Assembly (NCBI GenBank): GCA_965243135.1
Contig: OZ251539.1
Location: 5,910,236-5,974,235, forward strand
Direction: 5' to 3'
Length of the DNA: 64,000 nucleotides
DNA from: Alphaproteobacteria bacterium
GTDB taxonomy: Bacteria; Pseudomonadota; Alphaproteobacteria; MPNO01; UBA830
The notes beneath the pieces are model-generated. The model did no database searches. It was not told where the DNA came from and worked only from the letters and a program-made list of their open reading frames with translations. Shown here piece by piece: positions 50,800-62,667 of this stretch. Within the stretch, counting starts at the first letter, position 1; the number at the start of each line of letters is the position of its first letter. Position numbers and translations under genes: made by a program.

Positions 50800-51695
50800 A
50801 TGAAGGATAAATTTGCCCTGGCTTTGAGGTAGGCGTAGCCTTGCCAGAGCTTGATGGTCCCGGGCAACGGCTGACGTTTGGAGGAGATGAAGCTCGCGAG
50901 CCGTCCCACGTCGACCACGAAGGTCCAGATGTCGAGCAGCTGAAAGCTTGACGGTCTTCGAGTTCTTCCGTGGACATGGGGCACCTTGTTGTCTGACAGC
51001 GTGCAAACTGTCAAATGTACGCTGGTTTTCCCCATATTCCAAGACTTTCTTGTGATCGTCATAATCCTGTCATGCACTCCGCTCTTGACCACGCCTCGTT
51101 CGGCGAGGTCGAGCACCGTGATTTCGTCTTCCTCCGCGACTTCGGCGGCCGGGGCGTTGGGCCTGTCCCGCGCCATGCGTTGGAGAGACCCGGCAGGCGG
51201 CGTCGAAGGCGAGGTACTTTCGAAGGTCGCCGGCATCGTCGAACCGCTGGTTTTCGACGCCCACTTGAGGGCCCTGAAGTATTCCGTCCAGCGCCGCTCG
51301 TACCACTTTACGATGCGCACCGCGTCGTCTTTCTCGGGTTCGCCCTCCGTCGCGAGCAATAGCCAGTCGAGACCTTGCGGCTCGGCGACCGGCACGGCGA
51401 ACATGGAGACAGGATCGTCGCCGATCCTGTCGCCGGGCGGCACGAGCTTGACGCGGGCGGCGCGGATGTCGAGCGTCACCTCGCGCTTCTTGCGCGCCCG
51501 CTTGCCGCCGCAGGCGGCGAGCGTCAACGATCTCCGGGTCAGCACCGGCTGCTCCGCCATGTAAAGGCCCATTTTCTTACCATCTTCGCACAGCACGCGC
51601 CGCCGCTTCGAGCGGCACGCACGCACTACCAAGCCAGCGCCCGCTGCCACCGCCCTCGACAGCAGTTCCCAGATGTCTCCTTCCCGGTCGCACAC
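50800..51695 (-). pseudogene. second-type IS4-family (Tn5-like) transposase, C-terminal fragment, frameshifted
   Basis: MCDREGDIWELL...LLATEGEPEKDDAVRIVKWYERRWTEYFRALK (DREAD and YREK motifs). Distinct from the 40317-type element. Confidence 0.55.
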
Positions 51696-51769
51696 TGTTA
51701 CGATGAGTTCAGGCCGAAGGCTTCGTAAAGGGCACGCTGATCATCTGTCATCGGCGGCGGGTTGTTGTC

Positions 51770-52042
51770 CTAGATCTTCAGGCTGTTGCCGTAGGTTTCC
51801 ATATTGAGGCCGCAACTTCCGCAAACTGCCCGGTCTCCGTGGTCGAGCCGCCCCCTCCCCTTCTCACAGCGGGGGCACATGACCAAATCCCAATCGTCCG
51901 TGACGCAGCGGCCAGGCACGTAGACACTCTCGCGTTCCTCAAGGATTTCGAAGTCCGACTTCCAATGAGACTCAGCCCATCGCGGCGGATCGGACCGCTC
52001 CTCCTGAAAACGGTGGGTCACGCGCAACGTGTTGTCAGCCAT
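51770..52042 (-). CDS. small AT-rich protein with a C-terminal zinc ribbon (CPRC...CGSC)
   Basis: 90 aa, low GC; two CxxC pairs 17 residues apart. Confidence 0.35.
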   Translation of the reverse strand: MADNTLRVTHRFQEERSDPPRWAESHWKSDFEILEERESVYVPGRCVTDDWDLVMCPRCEKGRGRLDHGDRAVCGSCGLNMETYGNSLKI

Positions 52043-52313
52043 GTCTGTTTCTCCTCAAGTGTTCAGATGAGCGTGGTTATACCAAACCTACTATTAAGTG
52101 ACCTGTATAATAAATGACTGTACTCGTTTATGTGCAACGAGAATGCGCTACTGCAACCCCCGCAAAAACAAGTCATTTAATTGTGGGATTGGTATTAGTC
52201 GAAGTCAGGAAATAGCGCAGGATAGGCCTATGCATCCTCTGGCGCCGACAGAGTGACCGTGCTTCTCAGTCACTCTGTCGGTGCAACTATGATTCGCTGT
52301 CGCCGAGTGTCCG

Positions 52314-52766
52314 TCAGAGTATCAGGTTTGTCGGTGGACAATGCGGCCAAGAAACGGAATCGATCCACCGTGGCGGATCCGTCAGCAGACAATCCGGCCA
52401 AGGCGTGAAGGCCATCAGCTCGGTGTCGCCTCGTTCGGCTCGTGCCTGCTGGGTTAGGGCTTGCCCGGTCCCGTCGCACAAAGGGCAGGTTTGATCAGCA
52501 AGCTCGGTGTCGCCTCGTTCGGCTCGTGCCTGCTGGGTCGGACTGCCAAGGGGACATTCCGGCCAAGGCTTGAAGGCCATCAGCTCGGTGTCGCCTCGTT
52601 CGGCTCGTGCCTGCGGCGGGGTCGGTATGTGTCCTGTCCCGCCACAAAGTCGACACTTTTCCGCGAGGTAGATCGGCCCGGACGGCCGCGGGTCACCCGG
52701 GGGCAAGATTTGAGCTGATACTGAATACGGCAGAAGTGCGATTAGCACTGCGAACAGGATTATCAT
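52314..52766 (-). CDS. small secreted repeat protein with DnaJ-type CxxCxGxG motifs
   Basis: Signal peptide MIILFAVLIALLPYSVSAQ; CRLCGGTG and CPLCDGTG; three QQARAERGDTEL repeats encoded by three ~40-bp DNA repeats. Confidence 0.45.
   Translation of the reverse strand: MIILFAVLIALLPYSVSAQILPPGDPRPSGPIYLAEKCRLCGGTGHIPTPPQARAERGDTELMAFKPWPECPLGSPTQQARAERGDTELADQTCPLCDGTGQALTQQARAERGDTELMAFTPWPDCLLTDPPRWIDSVSWPHCPPTNLIL
52417..52618. repeat. three copies of a ~40-bp repeat (AGCTCGGTGTCGCCTCGTTCGGCTCGTGCCTGC) spaced 78-88 bp apart
   Basis: Seen directly in the sequence. The repeats lie in the coding sequence of the 52314-52766 gene, so this is not a CRISPR array. Confidence 0.8.
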
Positions 52767-52903
52767 AACTCGTCTCCTAGCTGGTGATCACTGCCAGCAA
52801 GTCTACTAGGACGCTCTGAACGTGCCTGAACGGCATCGGCGAAGGCCTCGAGGTCTCCCGCGCCGGCCCGGCGGACCAGCGCGGCATCGTCGTCCTTGGT
52901 CAT
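52763..52903 (-). pseudogene. ECF sigma-factor N-terminal remnant (about 25 codons)
   Basis: MTKDDDAALVRRAGAGDLEAFADAVQ resembles a sigma-70 region 2 N-terminus; a stop follows shortly. Confidence 0.3.
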
Positions 52904-53314
52904 GCAGCAATTGTCCGAGCGTTCATGTTGTCTTGGAGCCTGATTGAAAACTATCGGGTGGCCTTGTGGTATCCACAAGGTTCCGTAACTCCATATGTGG
53001 AGACCACTATGCCTTGGGACAAGGCCACCCGAGAAGTATACCCGAAAGACGGAGCGCAGCGACCGTGCGAATGCGGAATGGGAGGCTGTCGCGCGCCTTC
53101 TCCCGGGCCGCTATGGGTCGTCTTCTCAAAAGCGCCCTGACCTGAATGCGATCCGTATGGCACCGAATTACCCGGAAAAGTCTACGAAAACTTTTTCTCA
53201 AACCCCATATTTTTCAAGGGTTTCGAGGCTTAGCGGAAATTGCTGACCCGCAGTAAACGCCATTGGGTTGGATCTTGATGCGAATGTCTGTCGGCCACCG
53301 CCGTATAGGCGGAA

Positions 53315-54214
53315 TCAAACGTTGAGAATCCGCGTCGGCCTGATTTCCTCCCCGACGAGGCGGGCGAGCGCGACCGGCCTGTCCCCCGATACCGCGAACA
53401 GCGCGGCTCCGGGTGCGCAGGTTTCGCGGGACCGCGCCCGGATAGGACGGCCATGGCGCATGTCACCTGCCTCGGACTCGGAAAGGTTCACCGTGGGGAG
53501 ATCCTTCAACGCCGCCCCGACGGGCAACAACTCGCTCGCTATCTCGGGCCGTGACGCCAGTTCTTCCAGGGTGACCGCCTCCCTTTCGGAGAACGGGCCG
53601 ACCGCCGTTCTGCGCAAATCGACGGCATGGGCGCAGGTTCCGAGCGCCTCGGCCATATCGCGCGCCAGGCTGCGGACATAGGTTCCCTTGCCGCAGACGA
53701 CCTCGAAGACCGCGTGATCCGCGTCGGGGCGGTCCTCGAGGGTGAAACGGTTCACCTCCACCAGGCGCGCCGGAGGCGGCGTGTCGTCGCCGCCGCGCGC
53801 GCGGCTGTAGGCGCGCCGGCCCTCGATCTTGATCGCGGAATAGACGGGCGGCACCTGCGAGATGGCTCCGACGAAGGCCGGCAGCGCCGCCTCGATCTCG
53901 TCGTCGCCGGGACGGACATCGCTGGTCGCGACGATCTTGCCGCTGCCGTCGCCGGTGTCGTGCGCCTCTCCGAACCGGGCCGTGAACCGATAGACCTTTT
54001 CGCCGTCCATGACGTGGGAAACCGTCTTCGTCGCTTCCCCAAGGGCCACCGGCAGGACGCCCGACGCTTCCGGGTCGAGCGTTCCTGCATGGCCTGCTTT
54101 CTGCGCGTCGAAGAGGCGGCGAACCCGGGACGTCACCTGCATCGACGTGGGGCCGGTCTCCTTGTCGACGACGACCCAGCCATGGACCGGATTGCCTTTG
54201 CGCCTACGCGTCAT
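53315..54214 (-). CDS. truB: tRNA pseudouridine(55) synthase
   Basis: HAGTLDPEASGVLPV catalytic Asp motif; position after rbfA. Confidence 0.9.
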   Translation of the reverse strand: MTRRRKGNPVHGWVVVDKETGPTSMQVTSRVRRLFDAQKAGHAGTLDPEASGVLPVALGEATKTVSHVMDGEKVYRFTARFGEAHDTGDGSGKIVATSDVRPGDDEIEAALPAFVGAISQVPPVYSAIKIEGRRAYSRARGGDDTPPPARLVEVNRFTLEDRPDADHAVFEVVCGKGTYVRSLARDMAEALGTCAHAVDLRRTAVGPFSEREAVTLEELASRPEIASELLPVGAALKDLPTVNLSESEAGDMRHGRPIRARSRETCAPGAALFAVSGDRPVALARLVGEEIRPTRILNV

Positions 54215-54626
54215 CTTTCTGCGGCGCGGACGGGCGTGCGTCGGAGGCTGCCGTTTGCAGGAGCGCGTTGATGCGATCCGCATTGTCGAAGCGGGAATCC
54301 AGGTCGAACGAGAGTGCGGGCAGGCGCTTCAGGGCGACGGCCTTGCCGATCCGGCGGCGCAGGAAGGGAGCCGCGCGCCGCAGGCTCGCGACAAGTTCGG
54401 CGGCGTCCGCGCCGCCGAGCGGCATCACGAAAGCGGTGGCGCGGCGAAGGTCGGGACTGACCCGAACCTCGGTGACGGTGACCGACACGCCGTCGAGTCC
54501 GGGGTCGTTCGCCTCGCCGCGGTGCAAGACATGGGACAGAGCGTGGCGGATGACTTCGCCGACGCGAAGTTGGCGCGGCCCCGGCAGCCCGGCGGCTCCC
54601 GACGGCCGCCGGTTTTCGCTGCGCAT
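54204..54626 (-). CDS. rbfA: ribosome-binding factor A
   Basis: RbfA-like 140 aa between infB and truB. Confidence 0.85.
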   Translation of the reverse strand: MRSENRRPSGAAGLPGPRQLRVGEVIRHALSHVLHRGEANDPGLDGVSVTVTEVRVSPDLRRATAFVMPLGGADAAELVASLRRAAPFLRRRIGKAVALKRLPALSFDLDSRFDNADRINALLQTAASDARPSAPQKDDA

Positions 54627-54659
54627 AGCGTTTTTCCTCCGGAGGCTCTCGCGGCCCCG

Positions 54660-57236
<2,577 letters not shown>

Positions 57237-57242
57237 GTTCCG

Positions 57243-57827
57243 TCAGCTTTCCTGCAGTTCCGGCGGTCTCAAACCTCGAAGCCTTCGCACTTCGCGAACC
57301 AGGCGGTCGCATAACCCTCCCGAGCGAACCGCGGCGTGCACGACCCTGTCGCGTCCGAACGGCGCGCCGAGCCGGGAAGCCGTCCACAACGAGACGACCA
57401 TGGCCTGCGGCGCAAGCCGCACGACCTTCTCGTGACCGTCGTTCGCGCCATCGGACGCCTCAAGCAACAACTGCACATCGCCTTCTTTCGCGGCCGCACT
57501 CACCCGCTCGAATCCGAAAATCGCATCGCCGGAGCGGCGCGCCAGCCCGATCAGGTCCATGCAGCGTTCGTCGAGCAACCCGACAAGGCGGTCGCACAGA
57601 TCCGCCGGCACGGCCACCCGGCGCCGCGCCCCTCGCGAAAAAGCGTTCTCCGCACAAGCTCGCCGAACTATATCGCGATCCGCCTTCAACCACAATCCGC
57701 GACCGGGGAGGCGTTCGCCGAGATCCGGCACCAGTTCGCCGCCGGGCGAGACGACGAAGCGGACAAGGTCGTCCCGCGGGCCGGCGCTGCGCGTAACGAG
57801 GCATCTTCGCCGCGGCCCGTCGCCCAT
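57243..57827 (-). CDS. YlxR (DUF448) / L7Ae-like RNA-binding protein of the nusA-infB operon
   Basis: RRCLVTR...LVRFV motif; position between nusA and infB. Confidence 0.7.
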   Translation of the reverse strand: MGDGPRRRCLVTRSAGPRDDLVRFVVSPGGELVPDLGERLPGRGLWLKADRDIVRRACAENAFSRGARRRVAVPADLCDRLVGLLDERCMDLIGLARRSGDAIFGFERVSAAAKEGDVQLLLEASDGANDGHEKVVRLAPQAMVVSLWTASRLGAPFGRDRVVHAAVRSGGLCDRLVREVRRLRGLRPPELQES

Positions 57828-57837
57828 CGTCCCGTTC

Positions 57838-59430
57838 TCATCCCGCCGCTTCTTCCGAAGCCGTCGACTCCGCAGGGTCTTCGTCGGGGAACCAATGGGC
57901 GCGGGCAGCCATGACGATCGCGTTGCCTTGGTCCACGTCCAGTTCGAAGTCGGCGAGAATTCCCCGGCCCTCGCCGTCCCGATTCCCCGGGTCGACCAGC
58001 TCGTCCGTCGCGAGATCGCCGAGATCGTCGACGGTCTTGACGCCGGCCTTTCCCAGCGCGACCAGCATCGCCGGAGAGAGCATCGGGATTTCGGCCACCT
58101 CGTCCGCGACGCCGAGCTCCCGGCGTTCCTCGGTAAGCCGCTTTTCCTCCTCCGCCAGAAAGGTCTGCGCCCGATTGCGCAGTTCGCGCGCGAGCTCTTC
58201 GTCGAATCCCTCGATCGCGAGCAGATCTTCGATCGGCACGAAGTTCACCTCTTCGACGGAGGAGAAACCTTCGGTGACCAGCAGATGGGCCAGAACGTCG
58301 TCGACGTCGAGCGCGTCGATGAAAGCCTGGGAACGCGACCGAAATTCTTCCTGGCGGCGCTCCGATTCCTCTTCCTCGGTGAGGATCACGATGTCCCAAA
58401 GCGTCAGCTGCGACGCAAGGCGCACGTTCTGGCCGCGGCGGCCGATGGCCAGGCTGAGCTGGTCGTCGGGGACGACGACCTCGATCGTCTTCTGCTCCTC
58501 GTCGAGCACGACCTTCGTGACCTCGGCGGGCGCCAGCGCGTTGACGATGAACGTCGCCGGGTCGTCCGCCCACTGGATGATGTCGATTTTTTCGCCCTGC
58601 AGCTCGCCGACCACGGCCTGAACCCGGCTGCCCCGCATGCCCACGCAGGCGCCCACCGGATCGATGCTCGAGTCGTTCGACAGCACGGCGATCTTGGCGC
58701 GGCTGCCGGCGTCGCGGGCGACGGCCTTGATCTCGATGATCCCGTCGTAAATCTCGGGAACTTCCTGGGCGAAGAGCTTGGACATGAAATGCGGGTGGCT
58801 GCGCGACAGGAAGATCTGGGGGCCCCGCGTTTCCTCGCGCACGTCGTAAATGTAGGAGCGGACGCGGTCGCCCTGCTTCAGCGGTTCCCGCGGAATGCTT
58901 TGGTCGCGGTGGATGACGCCCTCGGCCCGGCCCAGATCGACGGTCGTGTTCCCGTAATCGGAGCGCTTGACGATGCCGTTCACGATCTCGCCGATCCGGT
59001 CCTTGTACTCCTCGTACTGCCTCTTCCGCTCGGCTTCGCGCACCCTCTGGACGATGACCTGCTTGGCGGTCTGGGCGGCGACCCGCCCGAAGTCTATCGG
59101 CGGCAGCGGGTCGACGATGACGTCGCCGGCCACGGCGTCCGGTTTGATGTTCCGCGCTTTTTGCGGCGTGATCTGGGTGACCTCGTTCTCGATTTCGTCC
59201 GTCACTTCCAGATACCGGGCGAGATTGATGTCTCCGGTTTTCCGGTCGATGACGACGCGGACGTCGTGTTCCTGGCCGTACTTCGTCCGCGCCGCTTTCT
59301 GGATCGCCATCTCCATGGCGATCAGAACCTCGTCCGCCTCTATGGCCTTTTCGCGGGCCACGGCGTCGGCCATCTGCAGCAGTTCGAGCCTGTCGTAACC
59401 TGCGACCGGGATGTTTTCCATGTCGATCAT
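57838..59430 (-). CDS. nusA: transcription termination/antitermination factor NusA
   Basis: MENIPV...ELLQMADAVAREK..., S1 and KH domains, C-terminal AR repeats. The long N-terminal extension of the listed 716-aa ORF is an artefact. Confidence 0.9.
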   Translation of the reverse strand: MIDMENIPVAGYDRLELLQMADAVAREKAIEADEVLIAMEMAIQKAARTKYGQEHDVRVVIDRKTGDINLARYLEVTDEIENEVTQITPQKARNIKPDAVAGDVIVDPLPPIDFGRVAAQTAKQVIVQRVREAERKRQYEEYKDRIGEIVNGIVKRSDYGNTTVDLGRAEGVIHRDQSIPREPLKQGDRVRSYIYDVREETRGPQIFLSRSHPHFMSKLFAQEVPEIYDGIIEIKAVARDAGSRAKIAVLSNDSSIDPVGACVGMRGSRVQAVVGELQGEKIDIIQWADDPATFIVNALAPAEVTKVVLDEEQKTIEVVVPDDQLSLAIGRRGQNVRLASQLTLWDIVILTEEEESERRQEEFRSRSQAFIDALDVDDVLAHLLVTEGFSSVEEVNFVPIEDLLAIEGFDEELARELRNRAQTFLAEEEKRLTEERRELGVADEVAEIPMLSPAMLVALGKAGVKTVDDLGDLATDELVDPGNRDGEGRGILADFELDVDQGNAIVMAARAHWFPDEDPAESTASEEAAG

Positions 59431-59948
59431 CTGCGTTCTCCCGTATTGTCCGGACGCGGCGCGTCCCTGCCGGGCCGGGCGGCCGCGATCAGCTCGTCGG
59501 TCAGAACGAGTTTCGCGCTGTGCACGTCTTCGAACGGGACGACAAAGGTATCGTCGCGGACGGCGATGCGGACGCAGCCTTCTTCGACGCCCGCCAGCTT
59601 GCCGCGAAATCGTTTCCGACCGTCGACGGGAACGCGGCTTTCCAGTCTCGCCTCGAAACCGGCGAAGCGCTCGAAATCCGGGAGTCGGACCAGCGGCCTG
59701 TCGATGCCCGGCGAACTGACCTCGAGCGTGTAGGAATCCGGAAGGGGATCTTCCGCATCGAGGATCGCCGAGATATTGCGGCTGATGTCCGCGCAATCGT
59801 CGACGGTGATCTCCGCGCGGTCGCTGCGTTCGGCCATGACCTGAAGCGTCGGGCTGCGGTTTCCGGTCAGCCGAACGCGCACGAGGTCGTAGCCCATTGC
59901 GTTCAGCGCCGGTTCGACGAGCTCCGCGATCCTGTCCCTCTGGTCCAT
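59427..59948 (-). CDS. rimP: ribosome maturation factor RimP
   Basis: MDQRDRIAELVEPALNAMGYDLVRVRL... Confidence 0.85.
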   Translation of the reverse strand: MDQRDRIAELVEPALNAMGYDLVRVRLTGNRSPTLQVMAERSDRAEITVDDCADISRNISAILDAEDPLPDSYTLEVSSPGIDRPLVRLPDFERFAGFEARLESRVPVDGRKRFRGKLAGVEEGCVRIAVRDDTFVVPFEDVHSAKLVLTDELIAAARPGRDAPRPDNTGERR

Positions 59949-60224
59949 TCCGTTCGTTCCCGAAAATAAAAAAGCGGGCAGCGCCCACTCGTTAATCGTT
60001 CTGCTTCGCTCCGGAAGAAGAGCGCTTTCCAAAGAATAGCACCGGCGGAGCGGAATTCAAGCGCTTGGAGGCGATCGGTTTGCGCGCGCGGTTTCGGCGC
60101 GCGGTCGTCGAGGAACGGCCGGCGGGCCCGAAAAAGCGTCGCGAACGGGACGGACGACCTTGACGCGGCGCGCGCGGGCGTGCCCCGTTCGATCCTTCGC
60201 GCCGCCGCGGCGCGGCAACCCCCC

Positions 60225-60935
60225 TCAGATTCGCCCGCCAGGAGCAGGGCGGCCGTCGCGCGGTTGCCGCGCGTAGCGCATGAACGCGCTGGCGCGGCCC
60301 GCCGCTTTCGCTTTTTCCTCGAAACGCGTCGGCGGCCAGTCTTCCGGTCGGGTATGCGCGTACTCCGGTCCGAGGGGCGCGAAAGCGTCGTGATCGCGAA
60401 GAAGTTCGAGCATCCATTCAAGGTAATCGGCGTCGTCGGTCGCAATCCGAAGCTCCGCGCCGCCGCGCATGGTCGCCGCGAGACGGGACAGGGTCGACGC
60501 GTTCACGATGCGGCGCTTGCGATGGCGGGCTTTCGGCCAGGGATCCGGAAACAGGATGAAGACGCGGCCCAGAGAATCGTCCGGCAGGCGATCCAGCAGC
60601 AGCCGGGCGTCGTCGCGGTACAGCCTGATGTTGCGGAGGCCGCACCGCTCGATCCTCGTCGCGAGTTTCGCAGTTCCGGGGAGGAAGGGCTCGCAGCCGA
60701 TCATGCCGATGTCCGGATGGCGTTGCGCCTGCCAAGCCAGATGTTCGCCTCCGCCGAAGCCGATTTCCAGCCAGAGGTCTTCGACGCCTGCCGGGAACAG
60801 GCCGGCCGGGGCGAGCGGCGCCTCGTCCGGGACGATCTCCAGCTCGGGAAGGAGCCGGTTCACGAGGTCGCGTTGCCCTTGCCGCAATCGGCGTCCGCGC
60901 TGTCGACCGTACAGGATCCGGCGGCGTTCGGTCAC
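60225..60935 (-). CDS. trmB: tRNA (guanine-N7)-methyltransferase
   Basis: EIGFGGGEHL...FPDPWPK. Confidence 0.85.
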   Translation of the reverse strand: MTERRRILYGRQRGRRLRQGQRDLVNRLLPELEIVPDEAPLAPAGLFPAGVEDLWLEIGFGGGEHLAWQAQRHPDIGMIGCEPFLPGTAKLATRIERCGLRNIRLYRDDARLLLDRLPDDSLGRVFILFPDPWPKARHRKRRIVNASTLSRLAATMRGGAELRIATDDADYLEWMLELLRDHDAFAPLGPEYAHTRPEDWPPTRFEEKAKAAGRASAFMRYARQPRDGRPAPGGRI

Positions 60936-60957
60936 CGCGCAAGCCCGCGCCGCGGGA

Positions 60958-62127
60958 TCAGGCGGCCGCGGACCTGAGGTCGTCTACGAGATCCGTCCTT
61001 TCCCACGAGAAACCGCCGTCGGCGTCGGGTTCGCGTCCGAAATGCCCGTACGCCGCGGTGCGGGCGTAGATCGGGCGGCTGAGCGCAAGCCGCTCGCGGA
61101 TACCGCGAGGCGAGAGGTCGACGACCTCCTGAATGATTTCGGAAAGGCGGTCGTCCCCGACCTGCGAGGTGCCGTCGGTATCGACGTAGACCGACAGCGG
61201 CTTCGAGACGCCGATGGCGTAGGCGATCTGGATGGTGCACCTGTCGGCGAGCCCGGACGCGACGACGTTCTTGGCGACCCAGCGCGCCGCGTAGGCGGCG
61301 GAACGGTCGACCTTGCTGGGATCCTTTCCGGAAAACGCGCCGCCGCCATGGGGGGCGGAGCCGCCGTAGGTGTCGACGATGATCTTACGGCCGGTCAGCC
61401 CGCAATCGCCGTCGGGACCGCCGATGACGAACCGGCCGGTCGGATTGACGTAGAATTCGTCCTCGCCGCACATCCAGCCTTCCGGGAGGACGCGCTCGAC
61501 GTGCGGACGGACGATCTCGCGCACCGCGTCCTGGTCGAGATCCTCGTGGTGCTGGGTCGACACCACGACCGAGGTCGCCCGGACCGGCGCGCGGTCCCGG
61601 TATTCGAGGGTGACCTGGCTTTTCGAATCGGGGCCGAGTCCGTTCGCCGTCCCCGCGTGCCGCGCTTCGGCGAGGGACCGCAGTATTTCGTGGGAGTAGT
61701 GGATCGCCGCCGGCATGAGCGCGGGGGTCTCCCGGCAGGCGTAGCCGAACATGAGTCCCTGGTCGCCCGCGCCTTCGTCCTTGTTGCCGGCCGCGTCGAC
61801 GCCCAGGGCGATGTCCGCCGACTGCCGGTGCAGGTGGACGTCGACCTTCGCTTTCCGCCAGTGAAATCCGTCCTGCTCGTAACCGATCTCCCTTGCCGCC
61901 TGCCGCGCGGCGTCCTCGACCATTTCGGACGTGATCGATTCCGGTCCGCGAACTTCGCCGGCGATCACGATGCGGTTCGTCGTGGTCAAGGTCTCGCAGG
62001 CCACCCGAGACAGCGGGTCGGCCGCGAGATACGTATCGACTACCGCGTCGGAAATCCGATCCGAAACCTTGTCGGGGTGGCCTTCCGAGACCGACTCGCT
62101 CGTGAACAAGAATTCGCCGTCCCGCAC
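60958..62127 (-). CDS. metK: S-adenosylmethionine synthase
   Basis: [16 protein letters not shown]..., [16 protein letters not shown]. Confidence 0.95.
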   Translation of the reverse strand: MRDGEFLFTSESVSEGHPDKVSDRISDAVVDTYLAADPLSRVACETLTTTNRIVIAGEVRGPESITSEMVEDAARQAAREIGYEQDGFHWRKAKVDVHLHRQSADIALGVDAAGNKDEGAGDQGLMFGYACRETPALMPAAIHYSHEILRSLAEARHAGTANGLGPDSKSQVTLEYRDRAPVRATSVVVSTQHHEDLDQDAVREIVRPHVERVLPEGWMCGEDEFYVNPTGRFVIGGPDGDCGLTGRKIIVDTYGGSAPHGGGAFSGKDPSKVDRSAAYAARWVAKNVVASGLADRCTIQIAYAIGVSKPLSVYVDTDGTSQVGDDRLSEIIQEVVDLSPRGIRERLALSRPIYARTAAYGHFGREPDADGGFSWERTDLVDDLRSAAA

Positions 62128-62290
62128 CGTGTGTCTCCCGGTTGTTAGGTTGTCAGAGAAGCTTCCAGAATCCGCAAAGGGCTGCGCGCCATTGTCGCAA
62201 CAATCCGCACGGCGTTCAAACCTAGGTTCGCGGGATCGGAGAAGCGGAGTTTGCGGCGCTGCGACTCAGACCCGGGGCGATCTGCGGCCT
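62128..62290 (-). promoter_or_regulatory. metK 5' leader; possible SAM-II-type riboswitch (weak)
   Basis: Leader contains GGAUUCUGGAAGCUUCU just upstream of the RBS GGGAGA, faintly resembling the UUUUUGG / AAAGCU elements of SAM-II. Not verifiable by eye. Confidence 0.2.
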
Positions 62291-62667
62291 GGAGACAGAC
62301 AGCTGCGTAGCAAGTGCATGCCCGTTCAGCGTAAACGCAGGCCGGCATCCGACGCAAGGCCGCATGCCAGTCATCCGCCATGCGAAACTACGCAAGCGCA
62401 GCGAGGGACGGCGTGCGAACGTCGGGTGGGACGGGAAAACGCTCGTGACCCGGCGGAAATGCGCTGCCGGCTTGCGAGGCAGAAGCCGAGGCTGCCCAGG
62501 CGACTGCGATGCGGCGCAACGATCCAGTGCGGACCGTTCCCCCGGAACTCCTCTTGGGCGATCGAGGAAGAATTCCGCAGCGCCGGTTTCGTTGGCGCTG
62601 CGGAGAACTCGAGGGCCTCGCCGCGAGCCGCTCTTCGGCGTCCCGCGATTTCTTCCGGCGCGCCGGG

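Noticed and set aside
52417-52618. Three evenly spaced ~40-bp repeats, initially suggestive of a mini-CRISPR array
   Set aside because: Only three units. Spacing is irregular (88/78 bp). The repeats and 'spacers' are in frame within a protein-coding gene encoding amino-acid repeats. No cas genes nearby.
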